Below, piece after piece: positions 12,001-24,000 of a stretch of 32,000 nucleotides of DNA (position 1 is its first letter; each line of letters opens with the position of its first letter). A program made the position numbers and the translations under genes. The notes under the pieces are model-generated. The model saw nothing but the letters and a program-made list of their open reading frames with translations, made no database searches and had not been told where the DNA came from. Source of the DNA: Puniceicoccales bacterium (GTDB taxonomy: Bacteria; Verrucomicrobiota; Verrucomicrobiia; Opitutales; LL51); contig JAITBP010000003.1 in NCBI GenBank assembly GCA_031283585.1, positions 30,001 through 62,000 of the forward strand. Reading direction: 5' to 3'.

Positions 12001-15000
12001 GCAGCAGGATTATTGAAAGGAGAAAATGGCGCATATTATGGCTCAGCAAGCCTGGTAAAAATCAAGGCCAGTGGTGCCCTGTATGGCCAGGATGCCAATG
12101 GCGAATATGTCCGTGCCGAAGAACAAGGTTATTTCAAACTTAGCGATGTAGATGGTGACCCAAATTTCACCAGATTACAGGATGTGTATTATAAATCGGA
12201 TAACGGAAACCCTCCGACCTATTCGGTGGTTGGTGTTACCAGTGGCGAGGTTTATGTATTTGGAACCATGTACAAGTTCATAAACGTAGGTGAAGGAACT
12301 GATAAAATCCATTATAAGTCGGAAGGTGATTTTTCGAGATTAGATGATGATCTTTATGTAGAAATTTCTGGCGCTAAGGTCAAAGGCGAAGATGGTGTGC
12401 TTTATAGCCCAGACGATATATATGTCGCTGGCAAGAAGTTCGAATACAGGAGCATTGGTGATGTTAAGGTTATTGCTGAAAAGTCAACCGGTGTTGAAGC
12501 AGATAAAGTGTTCGTAAAATCTTTGTTCGATAGTCTGGATGACCTGAAGAAAATTACCGTTGATAACCCTGAAATAACCAAGGTTGATAAATTTAGTGAT
12601 GTGATTGATAAATTGCAGGGATATCTGACATCGTTATCTGGCGATTTGTCGGCCTATTCAAAGGAAATTGCCTATTATAATGGGGCCAAAACTATCATTG
12701 ACGATACCGTTGAAAGGAACAAGGATTTCATATCCATTGGTGGGGACAGACTTGCCGATGAATTGGATAAGTTGCTCGATAGGTTCGATGGCCTTGGATC
12801 TGATGATATTGGTGATGTGGAGTGGCGTAAGAAATATAGCGGCGAATTCGAGAGCTATGTTAGAAATATAAGAAACGAGATAAGTAACTACAAAATATCG
12901 TCCAGTGAAAGAAATGTCTATATGCGCAGACTGGCCGAAGCGAACGATATAATTTCCTATGCCTTTGGTAATGCCATTACGCCGAGTGAGTTCTTTGGGA
13001 ATAATCTCGTGGACGTGGTTGAAAGTCTTGTAAAGACTATCAAGTCTACCAGTGGTGCCAGTACAGATGAAAATGAAAGGATTAAGCTAGCTTATCAGAT
13101 GTTCTTTGACTGTGCTAACAAACTTGACACTTTGACTAGGAGCTGGGAGTTGCAGGATAAGGATCTTGGCCGGGGCACGGAATTACTGGCGCTAACTACC
13201 AAAGTAAAAGAGATCTCTAGCACATTAAGCCAGGTAAGCTTCGTGTCTTTCAGGAACGTCAATATCCAGCAGGATGCCTATGGTAAGATGATGATGTTGG
13301 AGTATGTTTTTGGAAATTATGGCAAGGTTGGTGATGAGATGCAATTCCTGGAAGATAGTGAGCAAGTGAAGAATGACAAGAAAATCTACGTCCAATTCAG
13401 GAATATGGACGGGAGTGCTATAGCTATCAATGATAACTCCTATGGTAATAAACTGCTGTATGTGGAAGATAAGTCCAGTGGCATACCATTAAAATTTTAC
13501 TACAGATATAACTTTTCCGAGTCAAAGGTTGAGAAGTGTGTCGCTAATGCGTCTGGCAAGCCATCAAACTACTGGATTGATGCCAGGAGCAATACCGATG
13601 CCAAACCCTGGGATGTGAACAGTTTGTACTTTAGAGATGCGCTGAGGCATACGGACATGGCCAAGGTGTTAGAGGGTTATTTCATTAAAAATACCAAGGT
13701 GCTTGGTGAGAAGGATCCGGTGACCAATTTCCTAAGAGAAGTTAAATGGATGATGGACGTACCGATCTACCAGGTAAACGAAAAGCTGGGATTTTTTACG
13801 ATGAATGGTATATCCGAGCCGAAGATATTGGAGTTTGGCACTGGCAAGACCGCTGCCATGGAGTATGAGCCGGCCACAACCACTGATCCATCCCAAAATA
13901 GGCCGAATCCGATAATAGATGAGATTAATAATCTTATACCAAGGGAATCCATTGCCTATCCGACGGAGCTGGAAGCTTGTTTGATGGCGGTTGACAAGAG
14001 CGAGGGTTTACTTGGTAAATTGGTATCCTATATGGTCTCCAATGACGATGCTTCTGATCTGAAGATCGTTCCAAGTGTAAACACAATGAATAATATAAGT
14101 ACTAACTATCTTTCTGGAACTGGAGAGGCATTCAACCCTTATATTTATGCTATGCCGAGCATATCGCCACTTGATCAGTACCCGGTAACCATAGCCACAG
14201 AGTTTGATGGTGCGATAGATAGTTTTAGAGAGGATACAAACACAGGCTTCAATCATGTTTATGAACCAATGAGGTTATATACAGCTGGTGTTGCTAATGG
14301 AGTTGGTGGATGGACGATCAAAGATCATACTAGTAACCAGGATGGGTACGGCAATGAGAGTGATTGGGGTGAACCTGGTGGATGTCATATTGGTGGTCAA
14401 GAATCTCAAAGACATATCAAACTGAATAATATATGGCAATCTGGTGCAGATAACAACAATGTTAAACGTGATTTAACCAGATTAAAAGACCATATATCCG
14501 GGGCGAATGTATCAATAAGTAGTGATGCGAGGTTAGAAAGAATTGAACAGGTGCTTGCCTACCTTAATAAGAATAAGGATTGTGATTTCAATTACAATGT
14601 TTACACCCATACAACTGGAACTGGTTCTAATTATTGGGGTTGGCGAGATAAAGGTGCTATAGAGGGTGGTGCTGGCCAAGAGGGATATGGTACTAGTGAT
14701 ACGAATAACTCTCACTGGCATAAAGGGACTATAATATCCATGCAAAGAGGCTATAAGGAAAACATGCATAATGCCTATGGAAATGCCCATGGAAACAGGT
14801 ACTTATCGAAATTAAAAGATTTGCTTGGGTTATCGAACAGCCAAGCTACTAATTTAGCTAAATTGCTGGAAGAAATCGATGCACCGGGCATTGAGGCCAC
14901 CATCAGAAACGCGAAAATCACCGGAACTGCTGTCAAAGCAGCCGACGACGACGCCAAAGCCGCCAGAGCCGTTGCCGACGTCTTAGCCAATATCGACGCC

Positions 15001-18000
15001 GCCTCCTCCGCCGCCGTCAGAGCCGCCAGAGACGCCGCCACCGCCGCTGAAACTGCCGCCGCCGCCAACGCCATTGCCTCCTCCGCCGAAGCCGAAGATG
15101 CCGAAGCCGCCACCGCCGCCTACACCGCTGCCAAAGACGAAGCCAGAATTGCTGCCGACGCCGCCAAAGCCGCTGCCGACGCCGCCAAAGCCGCTGCCAA
15201 CGCCGCCGCCAACGCCGTCAACGCTGGAACTGTCAGAGGCGTCACCGAAGCCATCAACGCCTGCTCTTTCATCTTCAGCAGAGCCATGGCCGTAGTCGCC
15301 TCCACCGCCACCACCGCCAACCCCGCCACCACCGCCGCCGCCGCCGCCACCGCCGCCGCCACCGCCGCCGCCAACGTCGCCGAAGCCGAAGCCAAATACG
15401 GCGTAGTCGGAGGCGCTGCTGCCAGAGCCGAAGCCGACGCAAAAACCGCCGAAACTGCCGCTGCCGAAGCCAAAGCCGAAGCCGCTGTTGTCGACATTAC
15501 CACTGAAGATATCATTGCCTATAAGGCTGCCGACGTCGCCAAAGAATCCAAAGCCGAAGCCGCTGCTGATGCTGCCACCGCTGCCGCCGAAGCCGCCAGA
15601 TACGCTGCTGACGCCGCCAAAGAAGCCGTCGTCAAGGTCAACGTCTTCAGGACCGACATCACCAGCGACACCGCTATAATAACCGCCGCCACCAACGCCG
15701 CCACCGCTGCTGAAACTGCCGCCGCCGCCGCTGAAACTGCCGCTAACAACGTCTCAGGCTTCCCAGCCGTCGCCGAAGCCACCAGAATCGCCGCCGCCAA
15801 AGCCAGGGCCGTTGCCAATGTCGTCAAAAACATCGCCTCCAGCCACATAGACAGAATTAATGTCGCCAACGGAATCATCGACGGCTACGCCACCGAATCC
15901 GAAACCGCTGCTGCCAGAGCCAAAGCCGCTGTCACAGCCGACATCAGAGCCGCCCTCCAGAAATATAATTCATCTTTATATGGATTAAAGGAAAAATACG
16001 AAAGTTGGCATGCAGAGCGCGAAGCCAAAAAACCTGCTGCCCAGGAGGAGATTGCCAAGATTAGCGCTATTATGACGGCACTGGGCAATGCGAGTGCCTG
16101 GGAAGCTGAGACTACATCGACTAATTCCTTGGTACTTATGCTTGGCAACCTGGCTGGCGATGTCAGTGCCAATAAAACGACCAAGAATAAATCCGGTGAC
16201 GGAGGCTTTACAAAAGAGATAAACAGCGTATGGGAGGTGAGCGGTGCCCTGAAGAATTTGTTGGATAAGGATAGTACATTTGCCAATTTTATCGGATATG
16301 TAAAGGAATTTAGTAATGCAAAAACACCAGATATGAGGGGTTTTGCCGCTAATGAAATCGTAAAGCTCGAAACAGAGTTAATTGGGGACAGTGTGAGTCA
16401 CGGGATAATTGGAGATGCGATAAACGCTGCCTTAAATGCTAAAAATAATGCAAAGGGCAGTGGGACGGCAAGTTTTACCGAAAATATCTATAAAGGGCTA
16501 TCTAATTTAAAGAAAAGAGTAACGGACATCATAGATTCAGCAGGCCAACAGAAACTGATTGTCCAGTCAAAAGTCTTCTGTAATTTCCTGCAGACCATGG
16601 AAGCCTCCTATCTGAACTGGCGAACCAATGAACCCGAACGTGAAAAATTAATCAATATCCTGGATTCATTATGTGATAGTAATGGTAAGCTCAATGAATC
16701 CAGTGGGTTTAAGTTACTGGAAGATGAATTCAAAGTAGTAAAGAATTTCATAGTTAATTATAAGATGGTTGACAGCCTGATAAATTTCACTTCCGCCGGA
16801 GTGCCCGAGGATGTTCTGAAAAATTTACAGGTCAACTATCCCAACTGGGCAAAGAGTTCTTCCATGAAAAATCAGCTGCTGGAAAAGATAAGGACAGCTT
16901 CATATGGTGATTTAGGTTTAAAATTAACTGAAAACATTAATGAAATCAAAAATAATCTAATCAGCTTGATTAATGGCTATCCGACAAATGATCTGGATGT
17001 TATTCCAAATAGACCCGGGGTTTATACGGTTGGCGATACCATCGCGAATTTTAAGTCAATTCCTGTGTATGGAACCAAACTAGCTGCATTCACAATGATC
17101 GAAGAACCAACCATCTTTGATACGCCACCACGGGGTGCCATCGGATCCTTTGAATGGAAAACGGTGGAATCGATTGTCGATGCCATTGGCATAACCGGGT
17201 CGGATACCATGTTGGAGTACCTAAATCGTCAATTTACCTATCTAGCCGAGAATGGCATAGATTCCGGCCAGGCGAACAACAATGGTCTCGAAAACCTAGG
17301 AAAGGTCCTAAATGAATTGCACGAAAGAATCAAAACCTATGCGGCCAGGGGAAGTAATGGATCCAGTAATGCCGGCTCAGATAAAATGATAGCCAATGGG
17401 CTTATAAAGTGGTATAACGCGATTGTAGAGTCCACCGCAGGTTATATAAAAAAGAGCCTTCAATTAAGCATAAACGATAATAATGGCAATTCTTCCAAGT
17501 GGGATTATCCGGTTGGATGGGAAAATGAAAGTCTCTTGAGGAATATAGAGATGAATAATAACGGGACCATAGCCTTTGCATCGGTAAGTAATTTGGCGAA
17601 TACCACTGCCAATAGGATACTTAATCTGAAGGATCACTATGGCACCGGCAACAACAACATCATATCTGGCAGCATAATCACCAATCTAAAGAGCTATCAG
17701 ACGTCTTTTTTGAATCTTTTAAATCAGTACACCGAGATGGCCGAAAGCAAAAAGCAAAACTACGACTCTACGGTTATTAGGTACTATATATCAGTATTAA
17801 AAGAAGAAATAAAGAAATTCATAGACTTCACCATAACTACCGATTCCAATGGGCAAGAAACTATAACCTACTCAAAAGGAAATAATTTGCCTATTGAAAT
17901 GAAGGATATGTATGTGGACTATGTTAGCCAACTTACCGAAATAGATAAAATTTTCACCTCAAAGATGGAGGTTAGTCAATCTGAGTTATTCTATAATTGG

Positions 18001-21000
18001 TTCACAAGGTTGGAACTCCTCTATCCGGATTGGAGGGTCAATTCAAAGAGCCGGGAAATAGTTTTAAATCAACTCGATCTATTTGCTAATACGAAGGTGG
18101 CATTTACCCTGCCGCGAACCATTGCTGACAGTAAGCTTGATGTTGCCAAAGAAGACATTCTGCTGAAGGATGGCACAAATGTCGTTAATTTATCAAGTAA
18201 ACTTGCCGATATCAATGCTAATATTGTAAATGTTTATGCAGACATAGAGAAAGTATTTTTTGAAGACACATTGGATACCAGCGATCTAGCTGGGATTATA
18301 ACGAATTTAGGCGATATAATAACAAGTATTGGTAACGCTAAAGATAAAGCAACATCAACAGCATATGGCTATCTCAATGAAGTTATAACCTTAGGTGAAT
18401 TTAGATCCATCGATGATCAGAATGCCTGTAAGACAATGATTGATGAGATGTCCAGTGCTATCAGTAGTACAATGTTGCTCATGAAGGTAATAAAGAATTA
18501 TGCATCTAATTCTAATTTATCATCTAATTTGAATGACTCCGACAAGGAAGATCTATGTACAATGCTTGGTGTTCCATTCATAAAGGACGCTCCTTTGGAT
18601 AACATCCGAAGTATCATATTAGATAATCTTTCAAAATTTGCTACTGACAATGCAGCCTTTGTTAAAGCCATTACTCCAGTTAGGAATGCAATTTTGTCAC
18701 AAAAGAGTTTATGTACCGGTGGTACATTGCAAATGATGTTGTCCAGAGGTGGCAACTATTTTTCAAAAGACCTGATTGAGCATATAAAAGGCACTCCTAA
18801 TGATGGATTAAGCATCAAGAGTTACATTGGACAGTATAACACAAAGACTGATGAGGCGAATGTTGACCCTGACAAAAAGGCATTGTCACTTTCTGCTGTA
18901 TATGGAGTGACCGGTGATATAAATTCGGATCAGGTAGCCGTAATAAACCTTATGGAAAATATGCGTGCAGCTGTCTATAAACAATATAACGATGTTATTG
19001 CCAAAAGACCGAAACTGCTAGCAACACAAATTTCCGGTGATGCAGCCAAATTGGATACCAGGACATTGGCCAGTAGCCCAGAGTTGTTTAATTTGTATTA
19101 TGAAGCGATGCTGGAATTTGAAAGAAATTCGTCTATAGTTGTCCTAAATTTTATAAAAAAGAAAGCATCCGTACTTGGATTAGACAGCACCTACAGTAAT
19201 ATATTGGACAAAATTATAAAAGGTACATACGCCACTGGCAGTAATAAGATTTCAACATTGAGCGAACTTTTTTCATATAAAGGCGCTGATGTTGAATTGA
19301 ATGATATTATTAAGTGCCTTAATGGTTTGGCTGGTAAAACAATAAATTTAGGTAAAGACACAAAAGATCCATTCCTGGATGTAATAACCAAATATAAAGA
19401 ATTATTCGTCGATAAAGGTTCAATAATGAACAATGTTGAAACCTATATGGTTCAACACGCTTCATGGGAATTTTTCACGAAAGAGATAGATAGGTTATTT
19501 TCTAAGTATAAAAATTGGAGAATTGATCAGGATGATGAAGATAAACTGCGTTCAGAATTAACTGTTATGCAAAATGCGGTCTATTACCATAAGATTAAGG
19601 GTGATACATGGGAAGTGCCATCTAAGCCTATAGCTTCATTAAACAATATGGATTATGAATGTGATAATAACGCGTTTGTAACTAGATCCGCATCTTCGAT
19701 CAGGGTGGAAGGTATATCTCCATTTGGTGATATGCCAGCCACCGGTGAAGATGGGGCCGAAGCCGGAGGTGAAAAAGGTATAACAATGGCCGAGCATATA
19801 GAAAATCTTCTATCTGAAATCCGGGATTACAATGCGAATAGTGATCCAAAGACCGTATATGATATAAGGAAGGGTGAGCTGGACTCGGTCATTAAGGCAA
19901 TTTTGGGTGGTGATGGAACCAATAGTAGTGCTGTCTTAGATACCAATAAGACAAATTTACTCATAGGTAATGGCTTGATTAAAGCAGACAATAGCATGTT
20001 ACTGTTAATAAAACAACTGGAAGATTTGGTTTCCGTTTGGAATGTAAGGGATACGACCGTTAATAAGCAGGCTATTGTTGAACTCAATAAAAACAAAAGT
20101 CCGGATGAGCCGGGTAAGCGCATAGTTACGGATACGGTGCTGGCATTGATCGATGATCTAAAGATGAGCTATACACACGGCGAAGCTTATAATTTCTGCT
20201 CCGTATTTAATGATAGGCTCAGCATGGCAGAATATATATTTTCTATCATGGATGGGCAGGTATTGGATTTAACCTGGCACAATAGAGATACATCGAAAAG
20301 TGACATGATGCTATTAAAAACCACTGGCGTTTACACGTTTAAAGACGCCCAGAATAACATTTATGCATGCTCAATGTATAATGGAGAAACGAAGGTGATA
20401 GAGCTTGCTTCTTTAGAAAACCCAGACCCTAGTGTTATAGCAGCCTATGTTAGTAATTTGACCAAGACGTCGTTTTATGATGCAGAAAACCTCCAGGGTA
20501 TATTTTTTAAGATTGATGCAGGTGGTAATATAACAAACACAAGATTGGCCATCACCGTTGGTGGGGAAACCTACACATCTACCCATGTTGGGCTGGTGGA
20601 TTCCCGTGGCGATTCATTAACCACCGATGATGAGGGATTTTTCATAAATAAAGATGGTGAACGGATTGTTATGGATAACCAGTCAGTTAATGCCAGTGAC
20701 GTGGCATACAAGATAGATATGGCATCGGGGAAAATTATTGCCGTTGAATATGATGCACAGTCCGAGTCATCAAAAATTGGCTCCTATAAGGTGATAGAAT
20801 CCTATGGCCCTAGATTCAATTACGTAGCAAAAGAGTTCTCTCCATCGGCGCGATATTTGGTAGAAGAGAGTGTGCGGCAGTCATTCCTAAGCGAAATCAT
20901 GACAATTGGCTCAGAATTGGAACAAAGACTCAATATTTGGAAGGCCGGTATTAGTTCCATTGATGCTGAGTATACATCATCGGCATTGAGTGCTGTAAGT

Positions 21001-24000
21001 GAATTTACCGCAATGTTTTCGAGGCTAAGCGATAGATTAGCAACCCATGATGTCAGGATGTACAACGAAAAATTGAATTTTGGCGATGAGGAGGTCATGA
21101 TTTCCAACGTAAATATGGCTTTAAAAAACCTCAGTGGCGGTAGTGATCTGCAGAATTTCGCTGGGCTTGCTGAGAAAGCTAGGCAGTTATATGATGCAGC
21201 CCATAATCTTGCTAAAGCCAATGCCAATGGTATGATAAATGAGATAAAGACACTCGGTCCAATTTATGAGACGGCAAAAAGAGAGTATGAAAATGCCAAG
21301 AAAAATACTTCATCTGGCTATGGAAATTATGAATTGTACGTGGAGTCACTGAAAAAATTATTAGATGAAGCCGAAATAGATCTGAAGTACAATATGTCAG
21401 TCCAGCTGGAAAAGGCCGAAAAAGGTGAATTGGTGTCTTCCTATGTGTTTTCCAGCGAAAAATATAAGGCTGCCAAGGAAGTCCTTTCCATTGTAAAGTC
21501 CGTGGATAAAGTAACCAGTGAACTTGATGGTTGCATAGAATCGATGGCTCAAAGAAAAGATTTTCTGTCACTGCTGGATGTAATAGAAAATGGAACATCG
21601 GAGTATTCCCAGGAGGCGATACTGCCATTTACAAAGGCTTGGATTATTGAAAAGTCATCTAAAATGAGGACCTACCAGGGGTGGCGTGGCGATTCCATGG
21701 ACGCTTCGCTGTATAAATCTGCCCTAGCAACTATCAGAGAGGCTACATATTTTGCTAATTCTGAAGAGATCAAATTAATTTCAACCGAATCGCTAAATGA
21801 GTACTTGGTGGCCATGGATTCTGCCCTGGATGATTACGTCAAAGAAATGAAAGACTATGAGCTATATGATGGGTTGCTCAATAATGTGTACGGCTTAGAT
21901 GTATATAACAATGGTAGGGTTCGTGAAATAGTTGGCATTGGAATAAATACAATTATAGCAAACAATGTCGATTGGGTGTTTTCCCAGGCTGGCAAAGAAG
22001 CATTTTTGAAAGAACTGGCAGACTATAGCAAATCGTTGGACCTGATCATAGAATCCTATGATACCGGTGGCATGCTAAATGGTAAGATGAATGCCGCGGT
22101 ATTGAATAAAATAAAGGCACTGCGTAAGTATATAGGAACAGAAGGATCTAACACAAAGAATGACTATATTGGCAGCGTTAATTTGTTCGAGGCCTATGAT
22201 AGTAGTAACTATTCGAAGCTTCAACAGATGTATAAAAGACAGGCAACCACGATAAAGAAAATAGTTAGTGATTATAAGGCTAATAAAATTTCCCTTGAGG
22301 ATTATATGGCAAAAATCGATGAATTACCTTTGGAAGGTGGCCCGTTGGATGATTATGTGACCTCGCTAAAAGAGTTTCTTCAATACTCAAAAGCTTTGCA
22401 AGATTATCAGGTTTCTCTGCTACAGTTACAACCCAAATATTATGTTTACGACAAAAAGCAATCATCCTGGATTACATTGGATGAAAGCGGCATGAACGAG
22501 AAACAGATAAAGGATGCTGGTGGTAAATTTATTAGATTGGTCAAAGGCTACGATGGAGGTGGCAACCCGATCTATCTTGAAAATTATAGTCTAACAGATA
22601 GCATCACCAAACCTGTATTTGTAAGTGCCACTGCCATATGGCATGGAGATTACGAGAGCTATGGTGTTGTAATACAATTACTGGCTACATTGTACGAAAA
22701 ATTTACAACCCAAAAGCAATTACTTGCTGACATCATAAAACAGGTAGAGGAAAATAATGAAAAAATCAAAGAGGCGAATATGATACTGCAAGATATAAAT
22801 AAAGTCCAGGCATCAGCCGCTAAGGCCGGCGAGGATGCAAAGGTAGCCATACCGGCAAACGTGGTGTTGTATTTTGGTAAAAATAAAATTAAGGCACCGA
22901 CGAACCTGTTTTCCAATGACGAAGAACTGGAGAGGTATGATAATTCCAGTTTCAATAAAAGGATGGAATATTTGTCATCCAGTGGTACAGATGCATCGCT
23001 CTTTTTATCCTACATAACCCAGGGACAATTGAAGGTGAAGGATGGCATGAGCCTGATGTTAAGCGATTTGACATCCACCGATTTGCTAGAATTGGGGACT
23101 ATGAAGGAAATGTATGACAAGGTCAGTGGCATCGATAATAAATTCGGAGATGTGGCCAAGTCAATTCAGTCTAAGAATTCTGGCAGAAATATCGCCATAT
23201 TTGCAGCCTTTGCCGCGCCATTTGCGTTACCATTTTTATTGGCTGGACCTCTTGGGATGGCAATTCTTGGTGGTGCGATTCTTGGCCCAGCACTTGGTCT
23301 ATCCATGACAGGTAATCCGGAGAAACTATCCGGTGCAAAGTATTTAACTGCTGGGACAGGAGACAAGTTATTGAAAGCCTATTGGCGGATAAGGACCGAG
23401 CTGGAAGGTAGCTCAACATTACCCAAGGGAGTGATGGATAATTATCTCCAGGGAATGTTTAATGTCATGAACGAGGATGTCCGGGGCTATGCCTTTCCGT
23501 CAAATGATATAACGCCGAATAGAACGAAGAACGATAGTGCAACCGGAGATAATATCAATGGATTTGAAACGGACAGCTATCCTCCTATTACCAATGACTG
23601 GGGAGGCACAGGTCATTATAGCTACGTATCAACCGATACAGCCAGAGCAGGTGGACTTAGCGACGATGAATATAAAAATAACCAAGACGCTGCTAAGATG
23701 ATAGAAGCCATGGAATTGCTAACTCACCAAAAGTTTTTTCACGGCGATGCTGGCGCTCATAAGGAAAATTTCACTGCACCGGACTATGACTATAATGCGT
23801 TTATCATGATGTATAAGTTGGAAGCCATGGTGGATATGTTTGGCGTAGAAGCAACTAATATTGCTGTTAAATATTTAATAGGAGAAAAAAATCGTGCCCA
23901 GACAGTCCTGGCCTTGGATTCTTTGGCCGATGCATCACGGGATACTGGTAGTGGCGATGGGAAAAAGCCCCGGGTATACACCCAGGAAGAAATAACGAAA

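Noticed and set aside
13837-13860. A Walker-A-like string FGTGKTAAM in the giant protein.
   Set aside because: It does not fit [AG]xxxxGK[ST], because Leu occupies the first position, and no Walker B or NTPase context is visible.
14775-16286. A cluster of six ORFs in alternative frames over the Ala-rich island. It includes a Pro-rich +2-frame ORF (15074-15295, MPPPPKPKMPKPPPPP...) and Ala-rich antisense ORFs.
   Set aside because: This is the expected artefact of a GC-rich, stop-poor GCC-repeat region: GCC reads as CCG (Pro) or GGC/GCG in other frames. I see no slippery site or other evidence for programmed frameshifting.
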